NCBI RefSeq assembly: GCF_001194135.2
Contig: NC_068996.1
Coordinates: forward strand, 27,629,319 to 27,693,318
Direction of reading: 5' to 3'
Source of the DNA: Octopus bimaculoides
Lineage: Eukaryota
DNA: 64,000 nt
Shown: positions 41,140-54,900 of the stretch, piece by piece
Numbering within the stretch: position 1 is the first letter of the stretch
Layout: each line of letters starts with the position of its first letter
Position numbers and translations under genes: made by a program
The notes under the pieces: model-generated
The model's input: only the letters and a program-made list of their open reading frames with translations
Database searches by the model: none
Told to the model about the DNA's origin: nothing

Positions 41140-42381
41140 TTGGGTCATCCCTTAAATAATGTGTTTTTTAAACTTCTTTTATTTTTCAAAATTAAGATAA
41201 ACAAAGTTCTTTTTTAATCTAAAATATACTCTCCTTCATCTTCTGCAATGTTCTTCCATCTATCTGGTGGACTTGTAAGGCCCCTCTTCCAAAATTCACT
41301 TGTCTGTGATAAAAAAAATACTTCTCCAGTACTGATCTGAACTCATCTACAGCATTCATACTTTCTCTGCCCAAATGATTTTGAAGACTGCAGAGTAATG
41401 ATAATCAGATGGGGCAACGTCCAGTGAATATGGTGGGTAAGGCACTGTCTCCCATTCAAACTGCTCCAGCCTTTGGAATGTCACCCTTACTGTATGTGGC
41501 TGAGCATCATCTTGATGGAAGAACACCTTTGTCTTGAAACCAAAGATGGCTATTTTTCTTCTAGTATTGACTTAAGCAGCTCAAGCTGCTCACAGTAGAT
41601 CTCGTTATCATTTGGTTTGGGTTCAAAAGTTCAAATTGGACTAAGCCTTTCATATCCCACCCACCAAACAGATAACACCTTATGTGGGTGAAGACCTTCT
41701 TTAGCCTAGGGAACTGGTGTTTCTCCTTTCCCTACCCAGTCTTCAGTGCTTGACATTTTTATAGAGAACCTATTTCTCATCACCAGTCACTATTTGGTCC
41801 AAAAAAGGTTCATTCATGAGATGTGACAGCAAAGAAGAGTACACATTTACCCACTTCACACGATAAGACTCAGAAAGTTTGTGAGGAACCCATTGACCCA
41901 ATTTGCTGACTCTTCCGATGGCACGCAGGTGTCGATGAATGGTTGAATGACCAAATTCAAGCTTCTCTCATTGTTCCTTAACAGTTATGATGGGATTTTG
42001 TTCCACCAGGGTTTTCAGGACAACCTCATCGAACTCTATAGATCTTCCAAGACAATGCTCGTCTTATAGGCTGTAGTTTCCAGCTTGGAATTTCTGGAAT
42101 CACCGTTGAAACTGGCTTACGCATATTGTCCAATCCCCATATACCGCATTAATATTCCTCGCACTTTTCATTTCGTTGTTGCCTTTATTGAACTCATAAA
42201 GCAAAATATGCCGAATATGTTCCTTTGTCACTTCCATTATAGCTTTAAAAAAAATAACTGTTAAAATTGAGCTGCACTCCTCAAAACTTGCACTAAGAAT
42301 AAGGACAAAGTAAAATTACTACCTGCTTTTATAGCAAGTTCATGCAATTGTAAAAACCAGATTATTCATGGGATGACCCAA
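41140..42381 (-). mobile_element. Full-length (1242 bp) degenerate mariner inserted in the Penelope-like element
   Basis: TIRs ttgggtcatcccttaaataat and attattcatgggatgacccaa; TA duplications at 41138-41139 and 42382-42383. Transposase start MEVTKEHIRHILLYEFNKG at 42237 (-), with internal stops. Confidence 0.9.
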
Positions 42382-43290
42382 TACATAAACACTCTAGTAT
42401 TAATCAGAATAGTAATAAGAAACCTAAAAATAGGTCAATGAAAATTATTTGGTTTGACCCTCACTTTTCCCTTAATATAAAAACTAACATAGGTAAAAGA
42501 TTTCTATCTCTCCTAGACTTTCCAGCAACTCAGTCACAGGAAAATATTTAATAGATGTTCTGTGAAATTATCATATAGCTGCTGCCCTGATATGAAGAGT
42601 ATCATTACATGTGGTCAATACCAAGAGCTTAAATCCAGCTGCAACTGTCACAACCCAGGATCCTGTCTACTTGACCAATGATGTATGATTAAATCTGCCA
42701 TATATGAGGCAGAAGTTACTGCAACCCTAAATAATAATACAACAGATAAGAAGACCTACATTGGATTATGTGAAGTTGAATTTAAAAATCACTATGCCAA
42801 TCACATAGCTTCCTTCTGACAGAGATAAAAGTAAAGCTACTAAGTTGGTTAGCTACATATGGACTTTGAAAGATAACAAAATACCACATATGATTAAGTA
42901 GAAAGTAATTGAGAAACCCATAACTTATGTGAGTGGATTGAATAAATGGAGGCTTTGTTTGGCCAAAAGAGTGCAGATCCTGTTCAGATCTAAGATCCCT
43001 ATCTCTCTATTGAACTCTATGTCATAAATTTTCTGTGGTTGCATGCATATGTATAAATATATTTTGAAAAATTGGAAAATTCTGCCTATTCCTGACTGAC
43101 TTGATATCTTTCCAGCCTTATCATTTAAGTCTGAGGAGGATACCTCTTTTACATTTCTACTTTTTACTTTTTATATTTTAGTTTTTGTGTTTTCTGTTTT
43201 TTACCTTCTGTGTTTTCTATATGCTGCCTTCTCAGTTTTTCGTGTTTCTTCCATTATTCAATTTTTTTAGTTCGTTATGATATGTGGTTT

Positions 43291-43344
43291 GCACCTGAAG
43301 AATATGTCTGAAGTTTTCTCAACATATGAAACTATTAGTAGTGC
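43291..43344 (+). ncRNA. Putative minimal type I hammerhead ribozyme in a Penelope pLTR
   Basis: GCAC-CTGAAGA-atatgt(14 nt)acatat-GAAA-C-tatta-GTA-GTGC: all core nucleotides present, 4 bp helix I, at least 6 bp helix II and a minimal helix III. Predicted cleavage after 43340. Confidence 0.78.
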
Positions 43345-43440
43345 TTTATACATGTATTGTGACCTTTAAATAGATAATATTTATCTCTCACCAGATGAAG
43401 TACTTTTTTTGTTGAATTTTCTATCCCAGATCAGTACATT

Positions 43441-43530
<90 letters not shown>

Positions 43531-44084
43531 GCATGTAAATATAGGGTTGAAAAACCCAAACTTTGCTGGACAGAAAAGGTTGAAAGCTACCCATAGTACT
43601 TGAACTCACATCTCCTGGAGACATGACTTTAGAAGATGTAGGTTTGTATCTTATGGGCAACCTTTGATTTTTTCTATACAAAAGGATTTTCCACCCCAAT
43701 ATTTGCATGCTATCAATTTATAGCAAGTATAAAAGAGATGAATTGGCAGAACCTTTAACACACTTGAGAAAATGTTTAGAAAATTTTGTCTGGGTTCAAA
43801 TTCTGCAAAAGTCAACTTTGCCTTTCATCCTTTCAGAGTTGATGAAATAATTACCAGTTAAGCACTGAGGTCAATGTAATCGACTAGCTCTTTCCCCCAA
43901 AATTTTAGGCCTTATACTTTTAATAGAAAGGATTATCTATAACATTTATGTACTTTGAGATCCAGCTCTGAAAAAGAATTATTTCACATTCTCCCAAAAG
44001 TTTATAAATTCTTATGATGTCAATATATANNNNNNNNNNNNNNNNNNNNNNNNNNNNNNNNNNNNNNNNNNNNNNNNNNNNNNN

Positions 44085-45940
44085 CACAAAAAATACCTTG
44101 GAACAGAGAAACATTCTAAACATTGTCCATAGTTTCAGCAAGGACATCAGGATGAACATGGAGCTGGACAAATGTGCCAAAATGACACAGAGGAGAGACA
44201 AATTAATCAACACTGAAAATACTGCACTCAACATAGACACAGAAATCAGAGAATTAGACCAGCATTGCCCATACAAATATCTATGAATAGACGAAACAAC
44301 TAAAATACAACACAGAAATGAAAGAGAAAATTAAGAGAGAACATTGCAGAAGACATAGACTAATATTAAACACTGAACTCAAAGCTAAAAATAAGATAAT
44401 AGGGATAAACATGCTAGCCATACTAGTCATAAATTACAACTTCAACATAAACTGGAAAATCAGTGAATTGAGAAACCTAGATAGAAAAACCAGAAAACTA
44501 TTAACAGCATACCAAAGTCACCACTCCAAAGCAGATGCAGATAGAATATATCTACCCTGCTCAGAAAGAGGCCATGGCCTGTTACAGATAGGGAACTATT
44601 ATAAAATAACAATATTGGACTAGTAAAGTACTTAGAAACAAAAAGTGGAGGAATACTACATGTAATAAAGTAACTCGAGAAAAAGAAAACACTTTTCTCT
44701 ATACACAAGGAGGCAACAAAATACAAAACAGAAACAAACTATACTGATACATTGACCTCAGATGACAACATAACAGAAATGGTCAAAGAGACAAAAAGCA
44801 ATATGGAAATACAACTACAAAATATTCTACAGAAGAAATGGAGAGAAAAATCACTCCATGCCCAATACCATGCAAAGCTTGACAGAGAAGTGAGCCTCAG
44901 TAAAAGCCAACAATGGCTCAAAAGCTCTGGACAAAAAGCTGAAATGGAAGGACTGATTCGAACTGCACAAAATCAATGCCTGATTATGAACAACAATAAA
45001 AGCAAAATAATATAAACAGGCTCTAACACCAAATGCACAATGTGCAACCAGCACAAAGAGACAGTTGACCACATCATCTCTGACTGTCTAGTCCTTGCGA
45101 AATCTGAATATATATGCAGACACAACTGAGTACATAGTTATATAGTTATACCCACTGGACAATATGCCAACACTACAACATAAAAACTGACAATAAATGG
45201 TATAAACATGGTACAAGACAACAACCAGGCCACAATCATCTGGGATGTGCCTGTTCAATCTGACAAAGAAATAAAAGCTAATTGCCCAGACATAATCAAG
45301 GATTGGAAAAAAACACCTGCTTACTGATAGACATTGCAGTCCCTTCTGGTCAAAATATTGTTCAAACAGAAGTGGAGAAATTGTCAAAGTACAAAGACCT
45401 CAAAATTGAAGTATTCAAGATGTGAAGCATGAAGGTGAAAACAATACCAGTAATAATAACTGGGGCATTGGGTATGATAAAAAAAAAACATATGAATAAA
45501 AATGTAGAAGCTACACCTGAATCCTCAACACAATGCACTACCCCAAAAATTGCAAAAATAGCTCTACTGCGAACAGCCCACATCCTACACAAGGCACTAT
45601 CAATTCAATAATACAACCTAAACAAAACAATCCACAAACACCAGACACACTCTATACAGCAAATATCCAATGAAATAAACTACCGCCAGCAAGCTGAATA
45701 CCCAACACATTACACACACAACATACAATACAAACACTAATACAACAAAAGACTGCATCACACCAGAGAAAAGAAGAAGAAAAAAATAAAGAAACTGATG
45801 CACTACAATACCAGGAAGAGTTTGCACACTCCCAACAACAAAAAAGAACACAATGCTGCACACACCCTAGCAACACAGAGGTGTAGCAGGTGATGCAGTA
45901 GAAATTTGCCTGAAACTACCAAATGTTGAATAGTTATATG
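44085..45940 (+). mobile_element. Degenerate R4/Dong-like LINE (partial RT, CCHC, RLE, 3' UTR)
   Basis: Fragments VHSFSKDIRMNMELDKCAKM, CTMC...ETVDHIISDC and KVKTIPVIITGALG...KIALLRTAHILHKALSIQ*. Frameshifted; ends in (TAA)n at 45941-45966; 5' end lies in a gap. Confidence 0.85.
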
Positions 45941-45966
45941 ATAATAATAATAATAATAATAATAAT

Positions 45967-46194
45967 ATGCCCTGATGCAGTACCAGGCAGTGGCTCTCAT
46001 GGCTTTTGATGTTAACTGATTGGAAGTGTTATCATGTACATTGTTTTGTCTTGGTATAAAAGATGGGCTACAGCAAATATTCTGCTCAATACCACAGCTT
46101 TAGTAGTCATGATGGGTTTACTGGGCTTCATATATTTCACCACAGTGTCCCTTTGATGGTATGCACTACTCTCCCACTCAATAATAATAATAAT
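45967..46194. repeat. Internally deleted copy of a TAA-flanked non-coding dispersed repeat (family X)
   Basis: atgccctgatgcagtacc...accacagctt joined to ...tagtcatgatggg...cactca(ata)n. Homologous to 56072-56544 and 51578-51780. Confidence 0.7.
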
Positions 46195-46199
46195 CCAGC

Positions 46200-47430
46200 T
46201 AGTTATAATAACTGTGATGAGAATGGTAAAAGTAATAGTAGCACAAACCTTCTAACATATACAACTGTATTAGTTACAAGTATGCAACTGATGGGAGGCA
46301 CCTCACCTGTTAATTTGACATTCATAAATGTTAATGTAAACTATGCAAGTAATAACTACAATAGATGCGTTGGTAATACCAACTGTGCACTATATCGTAA
46401 TTTTCCACTGAGAAAATTGTAACTGTAATTTTGTAACTGTAGAAGATTAAATGAATGTCCCCTGGATAATAAATCCTTAACTAAAAATATAATTTACAAA
46501 TGTACTGTTATTATTGCAAATAATGTCTTTATATACATAGGTGATACTTTGAGATGCTTTAAGTCTAGATTACATAACCAAATACATACTTTTAGAGGAA
46601 CGGATATAGCTACATCAATTTCTTTTGTGGCTAAAATATGTGAACTGAAGACAATGCACATTAATTGTGAAATATCATTAGATATGCCAAGCCTTTTGTC
46701 ACTCATCATTATGGTTGCACCCTTAATTGTTTGGATGCTTATGAAATCCTGCAGTGTCAAAATAACCTTGTCAATAAATTTGAGGTATTAACAAGAAAAT
46801 GCCCCCAATCCATCCATAGAACTTTCCTATATTATAAACCTATTCTATAACCCTATCTAGTGTGGAAGTTTTATGTAGAAATTATGTATTTTTTTACATA
46901 AATTATCCCATATTGAAAGTATTTACTCTAATTCAATAACTTGCACTCAATATCATTCTTCCTAATTGTCTATACTAAAATTATGTTGAATCTTGTAAAC
47001 CAAGTAAATTGATTAGAATAATTAGAAGATTAAAATAAATAAATATATAATATAACCTGATCTAATCTAAGTCAATTAAATGGCTTTAATTTTTACTATT
47101 CTTGCATATCATGCTCTTAGTTGCAATTTTCTTGCTTGTTTATATTATCCTTTCATTAATTATATTGCCAGGATACTATCTCAATTGATATGTGGGTAGG
47201 AACGTATATCTGCATTATTGTGTATTTACAATCACTCACAACTAATATGTAGTATGTCAACATTATAAATTTTATAGAATTTTTAAATTTATAAATTTAG
47301 TAAATTTAATAAATTTATATTGCCTTTAACTTTCTACTCATTAATTTTCCTTTTTGCCCTTAAAAATTAAGTCTAATTCATAGTCTAATGTTAACTAGCC
47401 TATATATATATTTTTCTTAACTTATCTTTT
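46200..47430 (+). mobile_element. Penelope-like 3' relic with a GIY-YIG endonuclease
   Basis: CNCRRLNECPLDNKSLTKNIIYKCTV...IYIGDTLRCFKSRLHNQIHTFR at about 46432-46596. Outer boundaries are approximate. Confidence 0.7.
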
Positions 47431-48884
47431 TCAACTTATCAGTGGTGCCCCAGCATGGCTGCAGCTCTCAAGCTGAAACTAGTAAAAGATAAAAGATATC
47501 ATATTTTAACTTAAACTGACAGCATTCAAAATCAAACCTGCACATGCTTTTTCCTTACTTGAATCTATCTTTCTTATTACTTATTAAATACTATCTTCAT
47601 GGCTTTAGTCAATAACCTTTTGACAGTCCATACACTTCTTATATGAGTGTGTTTAGTATCAATCCTTATCCTTCTAGGAAGGATATTTTAGTTCCTCCAA
47701 GTATATCCCATTGCTGATTAATTTCTTTCTTTTCCTATCTTATTAATGTTTCATTCTCCTATTTTGTTAATTTTTTCCTTTCTCTCATCTTGGTAAATTA
47801 ACTATATTTCTTATCAGCCTTTCCATTTATATGGATGTTGAAATTTTTTAACTTATATTCTACGAGTGTGAGCATGTATGGATGCATCCACTCATATATG
47901 TGTATGAGTATGTGTATACATTTGTATGATTGAGTAGCCCCATATAACTTAAATTGCTAAACAGCTACACACAACTGCCTAGACATTTTCCTTGGGAACA
48001 GCACAAAGACAAGATACCAGAAAAGAACAAGTAAAAGGAATGGATAATTTTACCAAAATGTTATCTTCACAAAAATTTCTGCATCCCTAAATTTCTAATA
48101 TGTAGAATGTATGACAAAAATGGTGAAAGATTCAAACATTTGGTAAATGAATGCAGTATATAAAATCAGAAAGAATATAGGCTGAAAATAAATTAACAAC
48201 TCCCCACCCATTTTCTCTCTCTCTCAACCGATAAATGGACAAACAGAGGGACAGAAAGATGGCAGATAGATTGGCAGATAAAAAGATAAATATTGGTTCA
48301 ATGCAAAGGAACTGGTTTATGTTGCTAGCACTTAAAAAGAAAGGAAGGAAAGAGAAAGAAAGGGAGGGAGGGAAGGAAGGAAAGAGAAAGGAAAGAAATA
48401 AAGAAAGGGGGAGAGAGAGAGAGAGAGAGAGAGGGGAAGAAACAAACAAAAATAGACAGGTAGGCAGGCAGACAGACAGACAGGCAGACAGGCAGGCAGA
48501 CAGACAGATAGACAGACAGACAGACAGACAGATAGATAGATATCATCCTCCTTATCATAATCTTATATTCACTTTGGTTAAATGGGTGCACACAGTCCAA
48601 GTCATTTCCCACTAGAAGCCATTGGTTAGGTGTTGGACAATGTTGAAAAGTTAACAATTCATGTTCCTATGTCTATGGTCAAGTCATTTGACTCTTGTTG
48701 GCTCAATTGACTTACAAGCAAATAGACACCATGAGTTGGTACAACATGCTATGTTACACATTTAAACCACTGTGTAATTAACAAGAAAACTGTGACACAC
48801 TATTTTCTCTGATGCTTTTTCCAAGAAATATTCAAAACAGCACATAATATGCAAATGTAAGCTTCATCAAGCCTTGCCTTTAGT

Positions 48885-48916
<32 letters not shown>

Positions 48917-49559
48917 CACTCTGAAATCCTATTTACAGTACCACAGGACAGAATCTTCAGTTACCATACAACCTTCCCATCAGATCCAGAAATTGGTACT
49001 GTGTGTACATGTGTGTGTGCATGTGCATGCATCTGCAACAGTCCAGTCTATGTTAAATCCATCAAGGAGGCGTACATTACCATATGAAGATATTATTTCA
49101 CTTGGAGGTGATTACACAGATACTACCAGATGATCTTAAAAGAAGCTTCTTCCATGTTACTGTACAAGTCCACTGCTCAGGCACACACATACACACACAC
49201 ACACCAAAAAACTGGAGACAAGGCTCGATGGTGCTTACATTTGCATATTATGGGCTGCTTTGAATATCTCTTGGAAAAAGCATCTAACCAAATAATATTT
49301 GTATGGTAGCCTTCTTGTTAGTTATACAGTGGTTTAAATGCTTAAATTTGTATGCTACAACCACTCATCATCATCATTTAGCATCTGTTGTTCATGCTGG
49401 GGGAGCAGCACCAGACTCCAGTCTGATTTGGGTTGGTTTTTATGGCTGGATGTCCTTCCTAACGCCAACCACTTTACAGAGAGTGCTTTTATGTGGCACC
49501 ATCATGGGTGCTTTACACCACCAGAAGGATCATCTTAACACTTATGATGCAGGGTATGC

Positions 49560-49690
49560 ATCTTCTTGAGTATGGCCAGGCACCAGGTATCTTGGTCCTT
49601 TTCAGGCATCTCACCTGAAAGATTCAGCTTCCTGAGGTCATTCTTCAGTACTTCATCCCATGTCTTCCTGGGTCTCCCACTTCTTACATA
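49560..49690 (-). mobile_element. RTE-like LINE 3' fragment
   Basis: Reverse complement encodes GRPRKTWDEVLKNDLRKLNL. Confidence 0.65.
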
Positions 49691-50917
49691 TTCCTATTTA
49701 TTTGTAGGTCAACTGAGCCAACAAGAGTCAAGTACTTTGACCATCAATGAAGCAATTCATTTATTTTATTGTGCAGGTGTGGCTGTATGGTAAAGAAACT
49801 CACATTGCAACTGTGTGGTTTTGGGTTGAGTATTACTGCATAACACGTTGGTCAAGTATCTTCTACTATAGCTCTAGGCCAATGAATAAGTACCGACCAG
49901 ACGTATAAAAAAAGACCTATAAGTACTGGGGTCAATTTGTTCGACCAAAGAACCATCAAGGTAGTGACTTAGAATGGCCACAGTTCAATGACTGAAACAA
50001 ATAAAAGATAAAAAATTTAAGTTGGGAGATTATTGTTGATTGTTTAGCCCTTGGGTCAACCTTGATGAAGCATATCTATAATGAAAAGGTTCCAACTATG
50101 ATCATCTCATCATGTTTGCAAACAATGTATTGAAGGTCATCATCTTTCTTCTAGCGTCCTCCTTAAGATGTTAGGGTGTGGCTTGAGGAGCATTCGACTA
50201 TTTTTTTCAGCTGGTCAGACAACCATTAAATACAGGCCACCTCATTGACTTGCATGATATGTATGTGTGTGTTGTGTGTGTGTATGTGGAGAGTGTGTGG
50301 GGTGTTTGTGTCTGTGGGGAGACAGAGTGAGAGAAAAAGGGAGGAGACAGAGAAAGAGAGAGGAGAGAGAGAGAAGAGTGTGTGTGTGTATGTGTGTGTG
50401 TTGCGTGTGTGTGTTGCGTGTGTGTGTGTGCGTGTGTGTGTGAGTAGGCGTTCTTTTCTGCTTCATAATAGCATAAAAATTTGAGGTGAAAAAACCCAGT
50501 TATTTTATGAAGCTAAACATTTACCTCTTTTGCACAGAGCAGAGAGAAGGAGGGAATGAACATATGTACACACACACACACACACATAAATACTGACATA
50601 CAGGTAAATAGGTGGATGCACAGCCAAACAGATATTATTAGCTAAGTTAGTAGCCAGACAAAAAGTCAAATAGGGAGAGAAAGAGACAGAGAGGTGAATA
50701 GAGAGATGAACAGAGACATAGAAATGGTGGTGGTAGTGGATGGATAAAAATGAGAAACTTCTTATAATCCTTCAAAATATGATATCCATTAGCAGTGGTT
50801 ATGGTAAGTCACCTCAAACATTAAAAATATGTAAAAGAAAGAATAAAAAATGGAGTGAGAGAAGGAAAGGGAGAGTATGAAGAAGAGAGAAGGAAAAAGA
50901 TAGAGATGGAGGAGAGA

Positions 50918-51006
<89 letters not shown>

Positions 51007-53678
51007 TGCAGTGAAATGAAATATGAATGGGATTAATGACTAAATCAGAATTATAGCCTTATACTGTCATTATAACAACAACAAAGATTAAGGTAAATGT
51101 CATCATAAAACCATACAATGTAACAACCACCATCAACCTCTATCACTACTGCTGTCTCTACTACTGTAACCATTAATACTACTCCCCCCTTTGACAAGTT
51201 TACTGGGTTATCCACCAACATCGACACCATCATCACCACTAATACCACACAACTGCTCTTTACTTAACAAGTGTGGCTGAAAAATTTGTTCACCACATAG
51301 TTTCAGGTTCAATCTCACTGCTTGGTATGTAACTTGGGCAAGTGGCTTCTACCATAGATCACCTTCAATTCAGCCAAAGCTTTGTATGTGAAATGTGTAA
51401 GACAGAAACTCTATGGAAGCCCTTTGGAGAGGCCTACTCCTTCTTTTGCGTAGAGTGGAGGGTGGTGGTTAGACTTAATCCATTACCGGCTTAACATCAC
51501 CACCACCACTACTACTACTATTATTACCATCTAGTCCATGGCAGCTTACAGCAGTCTGTCACAAACATTCGGGCCAGGTTATCATGTACATTGTTTTGCC
51601 TTCATATAAAAGACAGGTTACAACAAATATTCCTCTCAGTACCACAGATTTGCTTGTCACTTGCTTGACCTTAACCACTTGAGCATATTCTTTAGTGGCT
51701 TCAATATATGCATCCCTGATCATAAGTGGTGGAGAAGTATCATAGCCATGTGTCGAGAGGGATTCTTTGGGGTTTGAATAAATGTAACAAAACTAAATTT
51801 TGAAAGAAATATTAACCATTTTTCATACCTTTTGAGGTAAGCAAATACGAAATAACAGTTGCTAACCAAGGACAGAAATTGTTATACAGAGTTATATTTT
51901 TAAAACTTCCATGGCACAACCAGACAACCCTTGGCATACATAGATTCATCAGGGTTTTGTTGATTGAGCACTACTATGCTAGAAATATGTTCTTTTTTAA
52001 AATTATTGTGGATGTTACTTAGACCCAGGTTGGGATTAGTGGGTTGGCAAAATCATTAGAATATCGAACAAAATACTTTGCAGTATTTCTTCCAGTTCTT
52101 TACATGCTTAGTTCAAATCTCACTGAAGTTAACTTTGCCTTTCCTTCCTCCAGAGTCAATAAAATAAAACACCAGTCAAGTAAATGGTTTGATTTAATTG
52201 ACTAAACTCTTCCCTCAAATTTCAGGCTTTGTTATCTAGGTTAAACAGTTATTTAGACTCAGTTTTGCTCTGACTGAGCAGACCTGTGATCAAAGGCATT
52301 CCAGCTATGAAATTCGTAACTTTTATTTCCCTATGTGTAGAACTCAGGCCTACATTATCTAAAGCTTGTGAGGGTGTGATTTGAGAAAGATTTGGTGAGG
52401 GTGTGATTTGAGAAAGATTTGGCTGTTATTTCTAGTAGGTTGGGTAACCACAATGACAACCCTCATTAGTTTGTTCAGTTTTTGTTGTTGTTGTTATTGC
52501 TCTAGTTATCAATCTTGATATTTCTGTTTCTCTGCAAAAGTTGTTGATTTTCTTTCAAATGATATTGTTGTTGTTGTTGTTTAGTCCCAGATGAGCCCTG
52601 ATCCAGAAGACCAGCTATGACCAACTTATTTTAGTTATTCATAATGCAGCTAGGACTGCATTATCTTGATTCGTGTGGAGTTACATTATGTACAGGACAA
52701 TTCCAACTATTGGCCAAATCCATTGTGAGGATCTCCCACTCACCCCACCATCATTAACAAGACAGAGAAAGGTTGTGTGACATACAAGGCCGAGAGGGTT
52801 GAGAAAGGACGTACAAGGCCGAGAGGGTTGAGAAAAGATACTTTCCTTTTTGGTTATTTTACATTCCATTTGGAAAGCAGGGTGCTTTCTCTCAATGAAT
52901 TTATCATAAGATGAATGATTCTGGTAAAAATTATTAAGATCGGGGAACAATAGTTTGGTGAGGGCTTGTGCCTTCAGCAATCAGGGTAATTCTGGATTTG
53001 TTAAGTTCCTTGACTGGTCTTAATTGGAGGTTTTCCTGTATCAAGAGGATAACATTATAGATGTGTTCACATATTTTGTATTCTATGTATACTTTTATCT
53101 CATTTCACAATCATCTCCCTTCTTTCCCCCCATTTTTGTAAACTATCCTTGTAATGTCTCCCTCATTTGATACCCCAGAGACAAATAAAAGAAATCATTA
53201 TTGCATCATTGTTGCTTTTGCTAAAGGCAGAGGATTGACAGAATCATTAATGCATCAGAAAATATGCTTTGTGGTATTTCTTCAGGTTCTTTATGTTCTG
53301 AGTCCAAATTTCATCAAGACCAACTTCATCTTTCACTCTTTTGGAGCTGATAAAATAAACTGCTAATCACTTCACATGCTCTCCAAAAATTATTGACCTT
53401 GTGCCTTAGAAACAATCATACATGCCTGTGTGTGTGTATGTGTGTATGTGTACATACATGCGTGTGTGTGTGTATGTGTACATACATGCCTGTGTGTGTG
53501 TATTTATGAGTGTTTGTGTATTGGCAGCACCAGTTTGTTGGTGTATAGATGCACGTATACACTTGATGTGTGATCATATACTGGCTGTGTATGTGTGTAC
53601 ATGCATGCATATGTGTTCATTTGTATCATCTGTGTGTGGGCATTCAGTTTCACAACTAAGAAGTACTGCTGTCTGGGA

Positions 53679-53749
<71 letters not shown>

Positions 53750-54431
53750 GTTTACATATACATGTGTGTACACACATGTATGTTTCTGTTGTTTGCACAC
53801 ACACACACACACACACACACAGGTGTGTGAGTTCATATCTGGTGTATGTGATTGTGTGTGTGTGTGTGTGTGCGCGTGTGTGCATGTATATCTGGTGTGT
53901 GTGCACATATAAGTATACTTGGCATGCAGATCTTGTATTTGGTGCATGTGCACATGTAACTGCTCTATGTATGTGTGTGCAAGCTTGTGTGTATATGAGT
54001 GTTTGTATATCGGTGACATCAATTGATTGGTATATGTACGCATGAGTGCAAACCAAAAGAGAAAAAAAAATTTACATTCATTTTGTCTGATAAAAAAAAA
54101 AATCATCAAACTATCAGAGTAAGTAGACATATAACCACACACTTCAAAATGAATATCAACAACAATAGTGGCATCAAATTTTGGCACAAAGCCAGCAATT
54201 TTGGAGGAGGGGATTAAGTCAATTTTATCAAACCCAGTGCTCAACTCGTACTTATTTTAATAACCTTTAAAGGGTGAAAGGTAAAGTTGACCTTGGCAGA
54301 ATTTGAACTCAGAATGTAAAGACAGATGAAATACCACAAAGCTTCTGCCAGCTTTTGCTGCCTTAATAACAATAATAATAATGATGATAATAATAATAAT
54401 GATGATGATGATGATGATGATGATGATAATG

Positions 54432-54463
<32 letters not shown>

Positions 54464-54467
54464 AATA

Positions 54468-54532
<65 letters not shown>

Positions 54533-54832
54533 CCTTTTGGATCTTTCTGATTTGGCGGGCACCACTTTTTATTTAGTTTTTTATTTATTGTGTTTTCTAC
54601 CGAAACACTTTAAAACTTCGTATACTTGTATATTTTGTCTTATAGAACAGAGAAAAATTTTTATATTCAAAGTTNNNNNNNNNNNNNNNNNNNNNNNNNN
54701 NNNNNNNNNNNNNNNNNNNNNNNNNNNNNNNNNNNNNNNNNNNNNNNNNNNNNNNNNNNNNNNNNNNNNNNNNNNNNNNNNNNNNNNNNNNNNNNNNNNN
54801 NNNNNNNNNNNNNNNNNNNNNNNNNNNNNNNN

Positions 54833-54900
54833 CATAACCCTAACCCTAAAACCCTAACCCTAACTCTAAAACCCGAACCCTAACCCTAAAGCTAAAACCA
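54833..54900 (+). repeat. Degenerate interstitial (CCCTAA)n tract
   Basis: aaccctaaccctaaaaccctaaccctaactctaaaacccgaaccctaaccctaa, immediately after a gap. Confidence 0.7.

Larger units (their letters stand above)
39993..43380 (+). mobile_element. 5'-truncated Penelope-like element (RT plus GIY-YIG) with inverted arms of about 525 bp, interrupted by a mariner
   Basis: RT remnant LFDVSMVSYDSANVCDLVGLFIL...IGLYHDDSLGI from 40520. GIY-YIG remnant CNCHNPGSCLLDQ*CMIKSAIYEAEV...TYIGLCEVEFKNHYANHIASF at about 42640-42815. 39993-40519 is the reverse complement of 42853-43380. Confidence 0.9.

Noticed and set aside
53416-54565. Cys/Val-, His/Thr- and poly-Ile/Asn-rich ORFs (also 9721-10289, 30532-30864, 37966-38259)
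   Set aside because: They are translations of (GT)n, (CA)n, (TAA)n and (GAT)n microsatellites, with no protein motifs or splice support.
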